Shown: positions 31,896-41,666 of the stretch, in pieces
Numbering within the stretch: the stretch's first letter is position 1
Layout of the letters: every line of letters starts with the position of its first letter
Source of the DNA: Anaeromyxobacter sp.
Lineage (GTDB): Bacteria; Myxococcota; Myxococcia; Myxococcales; Anaeromyxobacteraceae
Length of the DNA: 64,000 bases
Direction of reading: 5' to 3'
Assembly: GCA_049840735.1 (NCBI GenBank)
Contig: JASGJN010000025.1
Location: 32,001-96,000 of the forward strand
Made by a program: the position numbers and the translations under genes
Notes under the pieces: model-generated
What the model saw: the letters and a program-made list of their open reading frames with translations, nothing else
Database searches by the model: none
What the model was told of the DNA's origin: nothing

Positions 31896-32751
31896 ATGTA
31901 CGCCCGCCGCGCGCTCCACCCCGCCGTCGCCCTGACCACCTGCGCCCTGGCCCTGGCCGGCTGCCACCCCCGCCTGCCCGCGGGCGAGCTGGCCGCCGAG
32001 CCGGCCGCGCTGCTGGAGCAGGTGCAGCGGGCGCAGGCGGAGGTGCAGCGCATCCAGGGCGAGGCGCGCGTGAAGCTCTCCTCGCCCCAGGGCACGGGCT
32101 CGTTCCGGCAGTTCGTCGCGGCCGAGCGGCCCGGCAAGCTGCACCTCGAGACGCTCGACTTCTTCGGCAACGTGGCGGCCGTGCTGGTGACCGAGGGCGG
32201 GCGGTTCGCGCTGCTCGACACGCGCCAGAAGGTGCTCTACCGCGGGCCGGCCACGCCGGAGAACCTGGCCCGGCTCATCCCCGTCCCCCTGGCCGCCGAC
32301 GACCTGGCCACCATCCTGTGCGGCTCCGCCCCGCTGCGCGGCACGCCCACGGAGCTCCGCCCCTCCGGCCGCGGCGTGGAGCTGGCGCTGGTCGAGGACG
32401 ACGCGATCACGCGCGTGCAGGTGGGCGAGCGGGCGCTGGTCGAGCGGGCGGAGCGGGCCGTGGCCGGCGGCGCCGGGCCGGGCAGCTGGACGCTCGGGTT
32501 CGACCTGCACCGCGCCCACGGCAAGGCCTTCGTGCCGGGGCACATCGCCCTGGCCAGCGCGCCCGCGCGCGTGAAGCTGGAGCTGACCTGGACCGAGCAG
32601 CTGGAGGTGAACGGCGAGCTGGACCCGGCCCTCTTCCGGCTGGACCCGCCGCGCGGCGCCCGGGTGGTCGAGGTGGGCGAGGGCGACCCCACCCCGGACG
32701 CCATCTTCCCGCTGGATTCCGCCGCCCGCCGGGGCCCCGCCGGGTCCGTGA
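31896..32751 (+). CDS. LolA/LolB-fold (DUF4292-type) lipoprotein; apparent frameshift near 32717 just before the stop
   Basis: Lipobox LAGC; RPGKLHLETLDFFG; LDPALFRLDPP; removing one T at GATTC gives LDPPPAGAPPGP*. Confidence 0.7.
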
Positions 32752-32892
32752 GGCCCGGGACGCCGCGCCGGCGGCTCCCCCCGCCTGCGCGGGAATGCGC
32801 GGCCTGCCCGGCGGTTGGCACGAGGATCGGGCCCCGCTGGCGCGCGCCCGCGATTACACTCCCCGCTCCGTCCTCGACCCGGAGACCGCACC

Positions 32893-33597
32893 TTGGACTT
32901 CACCTGGAAGCACCTCCTCGAGCAGGGCAGCCCCACCTTCTGGATCATCGTCGCCTGCTCGGTGGTGGCCATCGGCGTGTTCGTGGAGCGCCTGATCGCG
33001 CTCTGGGGCTTCATCGGCAACGCCCGCCGGCTGGCCGACGCGGTCACGCGGGCGCTCTACCGCGGCGACCTGGCCGACGGCCGCGCCCAGTGCGAGCGGT
33101 CCGGCTCGCCCGCGGCCGACGTCTTCCTGGCCACGCTGGTGGCGGTGGCGCCCTCGCGGCCGGGCGCGAAGCCGCCCAGCTGGGAGAAGATCGTCGCCGC
33201 CGCCGATCGCGAGCGGCAGCAGGTGAACCTCAAGCTGCGCCGCTACCTGTGGGTGCTGGGCACCGTCGGCGCCATCGCGCCGTTCATCGGCCTCTTCGGC
33301 ACCGTGGTCGGCATCATGCAGGCGTTCCGGCAGATGGCCGCCACCGGCCAGGGCGGCTTCACCGTGGTGGCCTCCGGCATCTCCGAGGCGCTCGTCACCA
33401 CCGCCGCCGGCATCGCGGTCGCCGTGCTGGCGGTGTTCATCTACAACTTCCTCAACGTGCACGTGCAGAAGCTGATGCTGCAGCTCCGCCTGCTCATCGA
33501 GGAGTACCTGGAGATCCTGGCCGACAACCTGCCCGCGCTCCGCGGCGAGGCGCAGCGGCCGGAGGCGCCGGCGGCGCGCCCCGGGGCCGAGGGCTGA
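32893..33597 (+). CDS. MotA/TolQ/ExbB proton channel family protein
   Basis: GGAG RBS plus TTG; APFIGLFGTVVGIM; GISEALVTTAAG. Confidence 0.92.
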   Translation: MDFTWKHLLEQGSPTFWIIVACSVVAIGVFVERLIALWGFIGNARRLADAVTRALYRGDLADGRAQCERSGSPAADVFLATLVAVAPSRPGAKPPSWEKIVAAADRERQQVNLKLRRYLWVLGTVGAIAPFIGLFGTVVGIMQAFRQMAATGQGGFTVVASGISEALVTTAAGIAVAVLAVFIYNFLNVHVQKLMLQLRLLIEEYLEILADNLPALRGEAQRPEAPAARPGAEG

Positions 33598-33600
33598 GCC

Positions 33601-34068
33601 ATGGCGATGAGCAACCCGATGGGCGGCGGGGAGGACCTCGACTCCGAGGGCGGGGGCATCTTCGCCGACATCAACATCACGCCGCTCACCGACATCTTCC
33701 TGGTGCTCCTGATCATCTTCATGGTCACCACCACCGCCATCACCGAGTCCGGCCAGGACCGCGGCGGCTTCAAGGTGAACCTGCCCAAGGGCGGCAAGGG
33801 CGAGGCCCAGGACCTGCCGCAGGACCTGTCGGTGGCCATCCTGTCCGACGGCCGCGCCGTCATCGGCGGCAAGGTGATGGACGAGGCCCAGCTGGCCAGC
33901 ACCTTCCAGGCCTCGTTCCAGCACAGCGCCGACACGGTGGTGCTGGTGCAGGCCGACGAGGGCGTCCCGCATGGCCGGGTGGTGGCGGTGATGGAGGCGG
34001 CGCGCAAGGCCGGGCTGACCCGGCTGGCCATCGCCACCCGCGCCGACCAGGCCGGACAGGCCCCCTGA
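33601..34068 (+). CDS. ExbD/TolR family protein
   Basis: DINITPLTDIFLVLLIIFMV; VNLP; QADEGVPHGRVV. Confidence 0.92.
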   Translation: MAMSNPMGGGEDLDSEGGGIFADINITPLTDIFLVLLIIFMVTTTAITESGQDRGGFKVNLPKGGKGEAQDLPQDLSVAILSDGRAVIGGKVMDEAQLASTFQASFQHSADTVVLVQADEGVPHGRVVAVMEAARKAGLTRLAIATRADQAGQAP

Positions 34069-34161
34069 CCGGGCGGGCGGGCGAGGGCCCGCCGGGGCGA
34101 TATCGCCGGGGCGGCGCGTCGCTCGACCTGCCGCGCCGGCGACGCTAGGATCGACGCATCC

Positions 34162-35640
34162 ATGACCGGCCAGCCGAAGAAGCGCCTGGGTGAGCTGCTC
34201 GTCGAGGCGGGCGTGATCGACGAGTCCCAGCTCGCCTCCGCGCTCGCCTACCAGCGCCAGTGGGGCGTGCGGCTGGGCCAGGCGCTGGTGGAGATGAAGT
34301 TCGCCACCGAGGCGGACGTGGTCGAGGTGCTGGCCCGCCGCTTCAGCTTCGAGGTGGCCCGGCTGGACCGGCTCGACGGCTACGCCCACCAGCAGGCGCT
34401 GCAGCTGGTCGGGCGGGAGTTCTCGCTCAAGCACAACGTCTTCCCCATGCAGGCGGACACGAGCACGCTCACCGTGGCCATGTCCGATCCCACCAACCTG
34501 CAGGTGGTGGACGAGCTGCGCTTCCGCACCGGCCGCCGCGTGAAGGTGGCCATCGGCGGCGACCGCGAGATCGCCGCGGCCGTGAAGGACGCCTTCCCCA
34601 ACGCGGACGGCGGGAACGTGGACGCCATCGCGCTCGACCTGGACGCCGACGAGGGGCAGGGCGAAGCGGTGATGGACCCGTTCGGCGGCGGCACCGAGGA
34701 CGCCATGCACGCGTTCTACGGCGCCCCCTCCTCGCCGGTGCCCATCCCGCCCGAGTTCCTGGCGCCGTTCCCGGCGCCGCTGGCCCAGCCCGGCCCGCTG
34801 CGCGGCGCCCCCATGCCGCCGGTGGCCCCGCGCCCGGGCATGCCCGGGCCGGTCTCGCCCTTCGCGCCGCCCGGCGCCCCGCCCGGCGGCACCGCCTCCT
34901 TCCCCCTCCCGGCGGCGCCGGCCCCCGCGGCCCCGCCCCCGCAGGCGGGTCCGGCGCAGCGCCCTGCGCCGGCGCCCGGCCCCGCTCCGGTGGCCCCGCG
35001 CGCCGCCCCGCCGGCTGGTGCCGCGCCCCAGGGCGGCCCCGTCGCCGGTCCGCCGCGCCCGGTGATGGATCCGCGCCTCGGGCAGCGTCCCGGGGGCGCG
35101 CCCGCCGGAGCGCCGGCTGCGCCGCCTGGAGCGCCGGGCGGCCCGACGGCTTCCCGGACCGCCCCCGCGCCTGCCCCCGGCCGCCCGCCCGCGCCGACCG
35201 CCCCGCCACAGCAGGCCGCCCGGGCGCCCGCCGCTCCGGCTGCGCCCTCGCCCGTCACGGCGAGCATCCCGCCCGGCCCGGGGCCGCTCGTGGGCGGCTT
35301 CGAGCGCGGCGGCTTCGCCCACCCCACGGACGAGCACCAGCACGAGGAGCTGACGCCGCTGGAGGACGAGCTCACCCCCGGTCCGGCGCCGCTGCCGCGG
35401 CCGGCGCCAGGTGCGCCCGCTCCCGCGGCTCCGGCCCCGGCCGCCTCCAGGCCCCAGGCTGCGCCGGCCGCCCCGATGGTCAGCCGCGCCGCGCTCGACG
35501 CCCTGGCGCAGCTGGTGGGCAGCTCGCGGGGCAGCGCCGCCCAGGGGCCGGCCCTGGCGCTGGCCGGGCTGGCCCGGCTGCTCCTGCGCAAGGGGCTGGT
35601 GACCGAGGCCGAGCTCCTGGCCGCCCTGCGAGGCGAGTGA
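34162..35640 (+). CDS. MshEN/GspE N-terminal domain protein with Pro-rich linker and no ATPase domain
   Basis: RLGELLVEAGVIDESQLASALAYQ; VAMSDPTN; no Walker motifs. Confidence 0.85.
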   Translation: MTGQPKKRLGELLVEAGVIDESQLASALAYQRQWGVRLGQALVEMKFATEADVVEVLARRFSFEVARLDRLDGYAHQQALQLVGREFSLKHNVFPMQADTSTLTVAMSDPTNLQVVDELRFRTGRRVKVAIGGDREIAAAVKDAFPNADGGNVDAIALDLDADEGQGEAVMDPFGGGTEDAMHAFYGAPSSPVPIPPEFLAPFPAPLAQPGPLRGAPMPPVAPRPGMPGPVSPFAPPGAPPGGTASFPLPAAPAPAAPPPQAGPAQRPAPAPGPAPVAPRAAPPAGAAPQGGPVAGPPRPVMDPRLGQRPGGAPAGAPAAPPGAPGGPTASRTAPAPAPGRPPAPTAPPQQAARAPAAPAAPSPVTASIPPGPGPLVGGFERGGFAHPTDEHQHEELTPLEDELTPGPAPLPRPAPGAPAPAAPAPAASRPQAAPAAPMVSRAALDALAQLVGSSRGSAAQGPALALAGLARLLLRKGLVTEAELLAALRGE

Positions 35641-35733
35641 CGGCGCGGACTTGGCACCCCGGGTCAGGCGGCGCTCCCCACCCTCCCTCGGACCCATTGC
35701 AGCTGGCCCCGTCCCCGTGACAGCCTGAGGTCC

Positions 35734-38082
35734 GTGCCGGTGGACTCGGACACGCCTCGGGACCCCGCCGCCCTGCGCTGCAGCCCCGACCCGGCCGGCG
35801 CTGCGGCGGCGCTGCTGGACGTGGCCGCCGGGGTGCTGCTCCGGGTCGACGGCGCCCTGGCCCAGCTGCTCCAGCGCCCGGTCGCCGACCTCGTCGGCGC
35901 CCCGCTCGCGGCGCTCGTCCACCCCGAGGATCTCGCGGCCGTGCGGGCCAGCCTGGCGCGGCTGCGCGACGGGTCGGTGGGCAGCTTCGCGCTGGAGCTG
36001 CGCCTGGTCCAGGCGGACGGGACGGCGCTGGCGGTGGGCGCGACGGTGGCAGCGGCCTGGGCGCCCGGCGAGGCCCCGCGCCACGCGGCGGTGGTCGTGC
36101 AGCAGCTGGAGCGGCGCCGCCGCGCGGAGCAGGCGCTGCAGGCCAGCGAGGAGCGCTGGAGGGCCATCACCCAGGCCTCGCGCGAGGGGTTCTTCGACTG
36201 GGACCTCGCCGGGGAGCCGCTGGCCTCCGATCGCTGGCTGGAGATCTTCGGCTTCGCGCCGGGGCAGCAGGTGGCGCTCGCGGAGTGGCGCCAGCGCATC
36301 CACCCCGAGGACCTGGCGGTGGCCGAGCGGAGCGTCGAGGACCACCTGGAGGGGCGCAGCGCGCTGGCCAGCGCCGAGTACCGGGTGCGCCTCCCCGGCG
36401 GCGAGGAGCGCTGGGTGCGGGCCCGCGCCCTGGCGCAGCGCGACGCGGCGGGCCGGCCGGTCCGGCTCTTCGGGACGGTGGCCGACATCACCGAGCCCCG
36501 CCGCGCCGAGGACGCGCTGCGCGCCCGGGAGGCGCGGCTGGCGTTCGCGCTGGAGGGGGCAAACGACGGGCTCTGGGACGTGGACTTCCAGACCGGCGAG
36601 ACGTACATGAGCCCCCGCGGCTGCGCCATCCTGGGCTACGCGCCGGGCGAGCTGGACGGGGTCATGTGGAGCTGGACGCTGATCCACCCCGACGACGAGC
36701 CCCGCACCCGGGCCCAGCTCCGCGCCCACGTCGAGGGGCGGGCCGAGATCCTCCAGGTGGAGCAGCGGCTGCGGACGCGCGCCGGCGACTGGAGGTGGGT
36801 GCTGACGCGCGGCAAGGTGGTGGCGCGCGACGCGGAGGGGCGGCCGCTGCGGATGTGCGGCACGCACACCGACATCACCGCCCGCGTGCGCGCCGACCAG
36901 GAGCAGGAGCGGCTGCGGGGCGAGCTGGCGCAGTCGCAGAAGATGGAGTCGATCGGCCGGCTGGCGGGCGGCGTGGCGCACGACTTCAACAACATGCTGC
37001 AGGTGATCCGCGGGAACGCCGCGCTGGCGCTGGAGGAGCTGCCGCCGGGCGGCGCGCTGCGCGAGTACCTGCAGGAGATCGAGCAGTCGGCCAACCACGC
37101 GGCCCAGCTCACGCTGCAGCTGCTGGCCTTCGCGCGGCGGCAGCCGGTGGCGCCGCGGGTGCTCGACCTGGACGAGCGGGTGGGCAGCACGCTGCGCATG
37201 CTGCGGCGGCTCATCGGCGAGGACGTGGCGCTGGACTGGGAGCCGGGCTGCGGGCCGTGGCTGGTCAAGGTGGACCCCGGCCAGCTCGACCAGGTGCTGG
37301 CCAACCTCTGCGTGAACGCCCGGGACGCCATGGCCGGGCGCGGCCGGATCACCATCCGCACGCGGCGCGTGACGCTGCGGTCGGACGACGTGGTGGGGCG
37401 CCCCGGGTGCGCGCCGGGCGAGCACGTGGTGCTCTCGGTGAGCGACACGGGCACCGGGCTCGCGCCGGAGGTGCGCGCCCACCTCTTCGAGCCGTTCTTC
37501 ACCACCAAGACCGGCAAGGGGACGGGGCTGGGGCTGGCCACCGTGCACGGCATCGTGCAGCAGCATCACGGGTTCATCCAGGTGGAGAGCGCGCCGGGGG
37601 CGGGCACCACCTTCCGCATCCACCTGCCGCGCGCGTCGCCCCAGGCCGCGGCCCCCGGGCCGGCGCCGGCGCCGGCCGCCGCGCCGGGCGCCGGGCACGA
37701 GACGCTGCTGCTGGTGGAGGACGAGCCGGCGGTGCTGGCGCTGGGCAAGCGCATCCTGGAGCGGCACGGCTATGCGGTGCTGACCGCGCCCGGCCCGGCC
37801 GCGGCGCTGGCCCTGGCGGCGGAGCACGCCGGGGACCTCGCGCTGCTGGTGACCGACGTGGTGATGCCGGGGATGAACGGGCTGGAGCTGCGAGATCGCC
37901 TGCGCGCGGCCCGCCCCGGGCTGCCCTGCGTGTTCGTGTCCGGCTACGCCGCCGGCGCCATCGGGCCGGGCGGCCTGCTCCCCGAGGGCGTGGACCTCCT
38001 GCCCAAGCCGTTCGACGGCGAGGTGCTGGCGGCCAAGGTGCGCGAGGTCATCGACCGCGGCGGGGGCGGGCGGCCGCGGTGA
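35734..38082 (+). CDS. PAS-domain hybrid sensor histidine kinase/response regulator
   Basis: Three PAS-like domains; GGVAHDFNN H-box; NARDAM; FFTTK..GTGLGL; receiver VEDE..TDVVMP..KPF. Confidence 0.95.
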   Translation: MPVDSDTPRDPAALRCSPDPAGAAAALLDVAAGVLLRVDGALAQLLQRPVADLVGAPLAALVHPEDLAAVRASLARLRDGSVGSFALELRLVQADGTALAVGATVAAAWAPGEAPRHAAVVVQQLERRRRAEQALQASEERWRAITQASREGFFDWDLAGEPLASDRWLEIFGFAPGQQVALAEWRQRIHPEDLAVAERSVEDHLEGRSALASAEYRVRLPGGEERWVRARALAQRDAAGRPVRLFGTVADITEPRRAEDALRAREARLAFALEGANDGLWDVDFQTGETYMSPRGCAILGYAPGELDGVMWSWTLIHPDDEPRTRAQLRAHVEGRAEILQVEQRLRTRAGDWRWVLTRGKVVARDAEGRPLRMCGTHTDITARVRADQEQERLRGELAQSQKMESIGRLAGGVAHDFNNMLQVIRGNAALALEELPPGGALREYLQEIEQSANHAAQLTLQLLAFARRQPVAPRVLDLDERVGSTLRMLRRLIGEDVALDWEPGCGPWLVKVDPGQLDQVLANLCVNARDAMAGRGRITIRTRRVTLRSDDVVGRPGCAPGEHVVLSVSDTGTGLAPEVRAHLFEPFFTTKTGKGTGLGLATVHGIVQQHHGFIQVESAPGAGTTFRIHLPRASPQAAAPGPAPAPAAAPGAGHETLLLVEDEPAVLALGKRILERHGYAVLTAPGPAAALALAAEHAGDLALLVTDVVMPGMNGLELRDRLRAARPGLPCVFVSGYAAGAIGPGGLLPEGVDLLPKPFDGEVLAAKVREVIDRGGGGRPR

Positions 38083-38089
38083 GCGGCGC

Positions 38090-38467
38090 TCAATTCAGCG
38101 TGCCGGGCATCACCAGCGCGAAGGGCGCGATCTCGGCCTCGAACTCCTCGCCGTCGTCGCGCACCATCCGGTAGGTGCCCTCCATCGACCCGTGGGGCGT
38201 CTGGAGCACGCAGAAGCTGGTGTACTCGAACTTCTCGCCGGGGTCGAGGCGCGGCTGGTTGCCCACCACGCCCTCGCCGACGACCTCCTCGCGCTCCCCG
38301 CTGGCGTCGGTGATGATCCAGTGGCGGCCCAGCAGCGTGGCCGTCTCCTCGCCCTCGTTGCTGATCCGGACGGCGTAGCTGAAGAGGAAGCGGCCCGGCT
38401 CGGAGCGGTCGGGCCGGTAGGTCGCTTCGACGTCGACGCGGATACCCTGGGTGACGGCGGTGGACAC
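38090..38467 (-). CDS. apaG: ApaG protein
   Basis: RHWIITD..GEGVVG..FEYTS..GSMEGTY. Confidence 0.95.
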   Translation of the reverse strand: MSTAVTQGIRVDVEATYRPDRSEPGRFLFSYAVRISNEGEETATLLGRHWIITDASGEREEVVGEGVVGNQPRLDPGEKFEYTSFCVLQTPHGSMEGTYRMVRDDGEEFEAEIAPFALVMPGTLN

Positions 38468-38586
38468 GCCCGTCCCTTATAACGCACCCGCGCCGGGGTG
38501 CCAGTTGTCCGCCCGGCCCGAGTGACGCCGCCGTGGCGGTCCGCCGGTCGCTGGCGGCCGCGATCGCGCCGGGTTAGAAGCCGCGG

Positions 38587-39453
38587 GTGCCCCTCCCTCC
38601 GCTGCTCCTGGCCGCTCCGCCGCACCCCCGTCGCGTGGTCTGCCTCACCGAGGAGACCACCGAGACGCTCTACCGGATCGGGGCGGGGGACCTGGTGGTG
38701 GGCGTCTCCGGATTCACCGTCCGTCCACCCGAGGCCCGGCGGAAGCCGCGCGTCTCGTCCTTCCTCTCCGCCGACGCGGAGGCGATCCTGGCCCTGCGCC
38801 CGGACCTGGTGGTGGGCTTCTCCGACCTGCAGGCCGACATCGCCCGCGACCTGGTGAAGCGCGGCGTGCCGGTGCTGGTCACCAACCAGCGCTCGGTGGC
38901 GGAGATCCTCCAGACCATCCGGCTCGTCACCGCGGCGGTGGGGCGGGGCGAGGCCGGCGAGGCCCTGGCCGCCGAGCTCGCGGCCGGGCTGGAGCGCGTG
39001 GCCGAGCGCGGCGCGGCGCTGCCCTGGCGGCCGCGCGTCTTCTTCGAGGAGTGGCCCGACCCGCTCATCTCCGGCATCCGCTGGGTGTCCGAGCTGCTGG
39101 AGCTGGCCGGCGGCGACGACGTCTGCCTCGAGAGCCGCGGCTCGCAGGGCGCGCGCGGGCGCATCTTCGAGCCGGCCGAGGTGGCCCGCCGGGCGCCGGA
39201 GGTGATCATCGCCAGCTGGTGCGGGAAGAAGGTGCGCCGCGAGGCCATCGCCGGCCGCGCCGGCTGGGGCGCCGTGCCGGCGGTCCGCGACGGGCAGGTC
39301 TACGAGGTGAAGAGCGCGGTGATCCTGCAGCCCGGCCCGGCCTCGCTGACCGAGGGCGTGGAGGCCCTCTCGCGCATCCTGGAGGCGGTCGCCCGCGGGC
39401 AGCCGCTGGCGCCCCCGCGCGAGGGGCTGAGGGAATACGCGGGGAGGGTGTGA
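38587..39453 (+). CDS. Cobalamin/iron-binding (BtuF-like) protein without a signal peptide
   Basis: RVVCLTEETTE; FSDLQADI; FEEWPDP; ILQPGP. Confidence 0.85.
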   Translation: MPLPPLLLAAPPHPRRVVCLTEETTETLYRIGAGDLVVGVSGFTVRPPEARRKPRVSSFLSADAEAILALRPDLVVGFSDLQADIARDLVKRGVPVLVTNQRSVAEILQTIRLVTAAVGRGEAGEALAAELAAGLERVAERGAALPWRPRVFFEEWPDPLISGIRWVSELLELAGGDDVCLESRGSQGARGRIFEPAEVARRAPEVIIASWCGKKVRREAIAGRAGWGAVPAVRDGQVYEVKSAVILQPGPASLTEGVEALSRILEAVARGQPLAPPREGLREYAGRV

Positions 39454-39488
39454 GCGCCGTACGTCGGGCTGGCGGCGTCGGGGCCTCA

Positions 39489-39834
39489 GGTCATCCCGAG
39501 CGAGTCATCGCGGCAGGCGAGGCGGGCAGGAAGGCCCGGTCATGCTGAGCGAGTCATCGCGGCAGGCGAGGCGGGCAGGAAAGCCCGGTCATGCTGAGCG
39601 AGTCATCGCGGCAGGCGAGGCGGGCAGGAAAGCCCGGTCATGCTGAGCGAGTCATCGCGGCAGGCGAGGCGGGTAGGAAAGCCCGGTCATCCTGAGCGTA
39701 GCCTCGCCGCCAGGCGAGGCGGGCAGGAAAGCCCGGTCATCCTGAGCGAGTCATCGCGGCAGGCGAGAGGCAGGAAAGCCCGGTCATCCTGAGCGTAGCC
39801 TCGCCACCAGGCGAGGCGGAGTCGAAGGACGACC
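39489..39834 (+). repeat. Tandem array of 7 units (47-50 bp) derived from the REP-like element
   Basis: Units start at 39489, 39538, 39587, 39636, 39685, 39735, 39782; last unit is an intact element. Confidence 0.92.
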
Positions 39835-39880
39835 GGGCGAGGTGCGCGCATGGTGTGCGCCCCTGCGCTATACCGGAGCC

Positions 39881-40693
39881 ATGGAACCGAGGCTGCAGGG
39901 CATCCTGGACGAGGTCCGCCAGGCAGGCGGGCGGGTGGTGGCGCTGACCGGCGCCGGCATCTCCGCGGAGAGCGGCATCCCGACCTTCCGTGGCGCCGAG
40001 GGCTACTGGGTGGTCGGCTCGCGCAACTACATCCCGCAGGAGATGGCCACCCAGCGGATGTTCCAGGCCGCGCCCGAGGAGGTCTGGCGCTGGTACCTGT
40101 ACCGCTTCGGCGTCTGCCGCCACGCCCAGCCCAACGCCGGCCACGCCGCGCTGGCGCGGCTGGAGCAGGCGCTGGGCGAGCGCTTCACGCTGGTCACCCA
40201 GAACATCGACGGCCTGCACCGCCGGGCCGGCTCGGAGCGGGTCCACTGCATCCACGGCGACGCCGCCTGGGTGCGCTGCTCCGATGAGTGCGGCGTGGGG
40301 CTCCTGCCGCTGCCGGAGTTCCCGGTCCGCACCAAGGACGACGTCATCACCGCCGAGGACCGCCGCCGGCTCTCCTGCCCCCGCTGCGAGGCCTGGCTGC
40401 GGCCGCACGTGCTCTGGTTCGACGAGTACTACGACGAGGAGAACTACCGGATGGAGAGCGCCCTGGCCGCGGCCCACGCCGCCGACCTCCTGCTGGTGGT
40501 CGGGACCAGCGGCGCCACCAACCTGCCCATGCAGATCGGCCAGCTCGCCTACGTGAACGGCACCGCCCTGGTGGACGTGAACCCCGACCTGAACCCGTTC
40601 GCCGAGCTGGCCCAGCGCAGCAAGCGCGGCTTCTTCGCCCAGGGGAGCGCCACCGCGCGGCTCCCCGAGATCGCGGCTGCGCTGGGGGCGTGA
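39881..40693 (+). CDS. Sir2 family NAD-dependent protein deacylase
   Basis: GAGISAESGIPTFRG; TQNIDGLH; HG; RPHVLWF; GTS. Confidence 0.95.
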   Translation: MEPRLQGILDEVRQAGGRVVALTGAGISAESGIPTFRGAEGYWVVGSRNYIPQEMATQRMFQAAPEEVWRWYLYRFGVCRHAQPNAGHAALARLEQALGERFTLVTQNIDGLHRRAGSERVHCIHGDAAWVRCSDECGVGLLPLPEFPVRTKDDVITAEDRRRLSCPRCEAWLRPHVLWFDEYYDEENYRMESALAAAHAADLLLVVGTSGATNLPMQIGQLAYVNGTALVDVNPDLNPFAELAQRSKRGFFAQGSATARLPEIAAALGA

Positions 40694-40810
40694 GGCGCGG
40701 TGCGGTGCAGGTCCACCGGACCTGCACCGGTCCAGGCGCTGCACGAACGGGACGGCCGGACCGGACAGTGCGGCGGGCCGGGACCCTGTCGATGTCGCCG
40801 TTCAGTGAAC

Positions 40811-40856
40811 CCGTTCGGCCTGAGCGTAGCCGCCGCAGGCGGCGGAGTCGAAGGCC
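40811..40856 (+). repeat. REP-like element
   Basis: CCGTTCGGCCTGAGCGTA-GCCGCC gca GGCGGC-GGAGTCGAAGGCC. Confidence 0.88.
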
Positions 40857-40870
40857 AGGGATCCGCACCC

Positions 40871-41392
40871 TCACCCGCGCAGCTTCTCCAGCCGCGCCAC
40901 CCACTCCGCCGAAAGCCCGCACGCCTTCGCGCCGCTGATCAGCACGTCCAGGTACCCCGGCGACGCCGGCGCGTCCGCAGCCAGGCGGCGCCCCGCCGCG
41001 GCGCGGTAGGCCAGCGCCGGGACCGGCTTCCCGTCCGCACCGGTGAGCGTGACCTCCAGCGGCTCGTACAGCCCGGAGATGGCGCCTTCCTTGTGATCGA
41101 CCAGCCCGCGCGCGGCGCCCGGCATCGGCACCGCCAGCCCCTCCACCGCCTGGCCCGCGGCCTCGGCCAGGCTGGCCACCGCGCCGCCCCAGTGGCGCGA
41201 GTTCACATCGAAGGAGAGCCGGTACCCCGGCAGCCGCGCCGGGCGGGCGCGGGTGAAGTCCGGGACGGCGTAGCCGTGGCTCTCCGCCCACTCGGCGAAG
41301 GCGGCGCAATCCAGCGAGGAGCCGTAGACGAACCAGGTGAAGTCAGGGGTGGCGCGGGCCTCGTGGGCCTTGCCGACGACGTTGAGGGGCAT
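40871..41392 (-). CDS. Gamma-glutamylcyclotransferase family protein
   Basis: WFVYGSSL; LPGYRLSF; VEG; DHKEG; YLDVLISGA. Confidence 0.85.
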   Translation of the reverse strand: MPLNVVGKAHEARATPDFTWFVYGSSLDCAAFAEWAESHGYAVPDFTRARPARLPGYRLSFDVNSRHWGGAVASLAEAAGQAVEGLAVPMPGAARGLVDHKEGAISGLYEPLEVTLTGADGKPVPALAYRAAAGRRLAADAPASPGYLDVLISGAKACGLSAEWVARLEKLRG

Positions 41393-41436
41393 GGTGGCTA
41401 GGGAGATAACGGGACGTGCCGCCGCCGGCATGGGCG

Positions 41437-41592
41437 TCAGGGGGCAGGAGGCAGGTCCGCGCCCGCGGGTGCGGCCGGCGCCAGCAGCAACGGCGCGTTG
41501 CCGCCGTGCGCCTCGTACCAGCTCGGTCCCCAGGACAGCGCCAGCGCGAACAGGGTGAAGAGCGCAGCCTGCGCCCAGCGGGTCCGGGTCAT
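41437..41592 (-). CDS. Small 51-aa putative secreted/membrane peptide (not in ORF track)
   Basis: MTRTRWAQAALFTLFALALSWGPSWYEAHGG...; TAGACT -10 box 8 nt upstream. Confidence 0.5.
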   Translation of the reverse strand: MTRTRWAQAALFTLFALALSWGPSWYEAHGGNAPLLLAPAAPAGADLPPAP

Positions 41593-41666
41593 GGGGCTCG
41601 AGTCTACGCGCGCCACCGGCGCGCCCGTAGTGTCCCGATGTCACGGGGAAGTCCTCCGTGCTGCCC

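Noticed and set aside
31737..34148. 803-aa lipoprotein running through exbBD
   Set aside because: Read-through arises from the extra T near 32717; the corrected gene stops at 32751.
32854..37827. Very long antisense or alternate-frame ORFs (e.g. 1657, 1273, 1219, 1124 aa)
   Set aside because: Shadow ORFs typical of very high GC DNA, overlapping clearly recognisable genes.
39489..39834. CRISPR array
   Set aside because: Units are contiguous near-identical repeats with no unique spacers, and there are no cas genes.
39881..40693. Sir2 anti-phage effector (Thoeris/DSR)
   Set aside because: Single-domain CobB-like sirtuin with zinc-binding cysteines and no defence partners.
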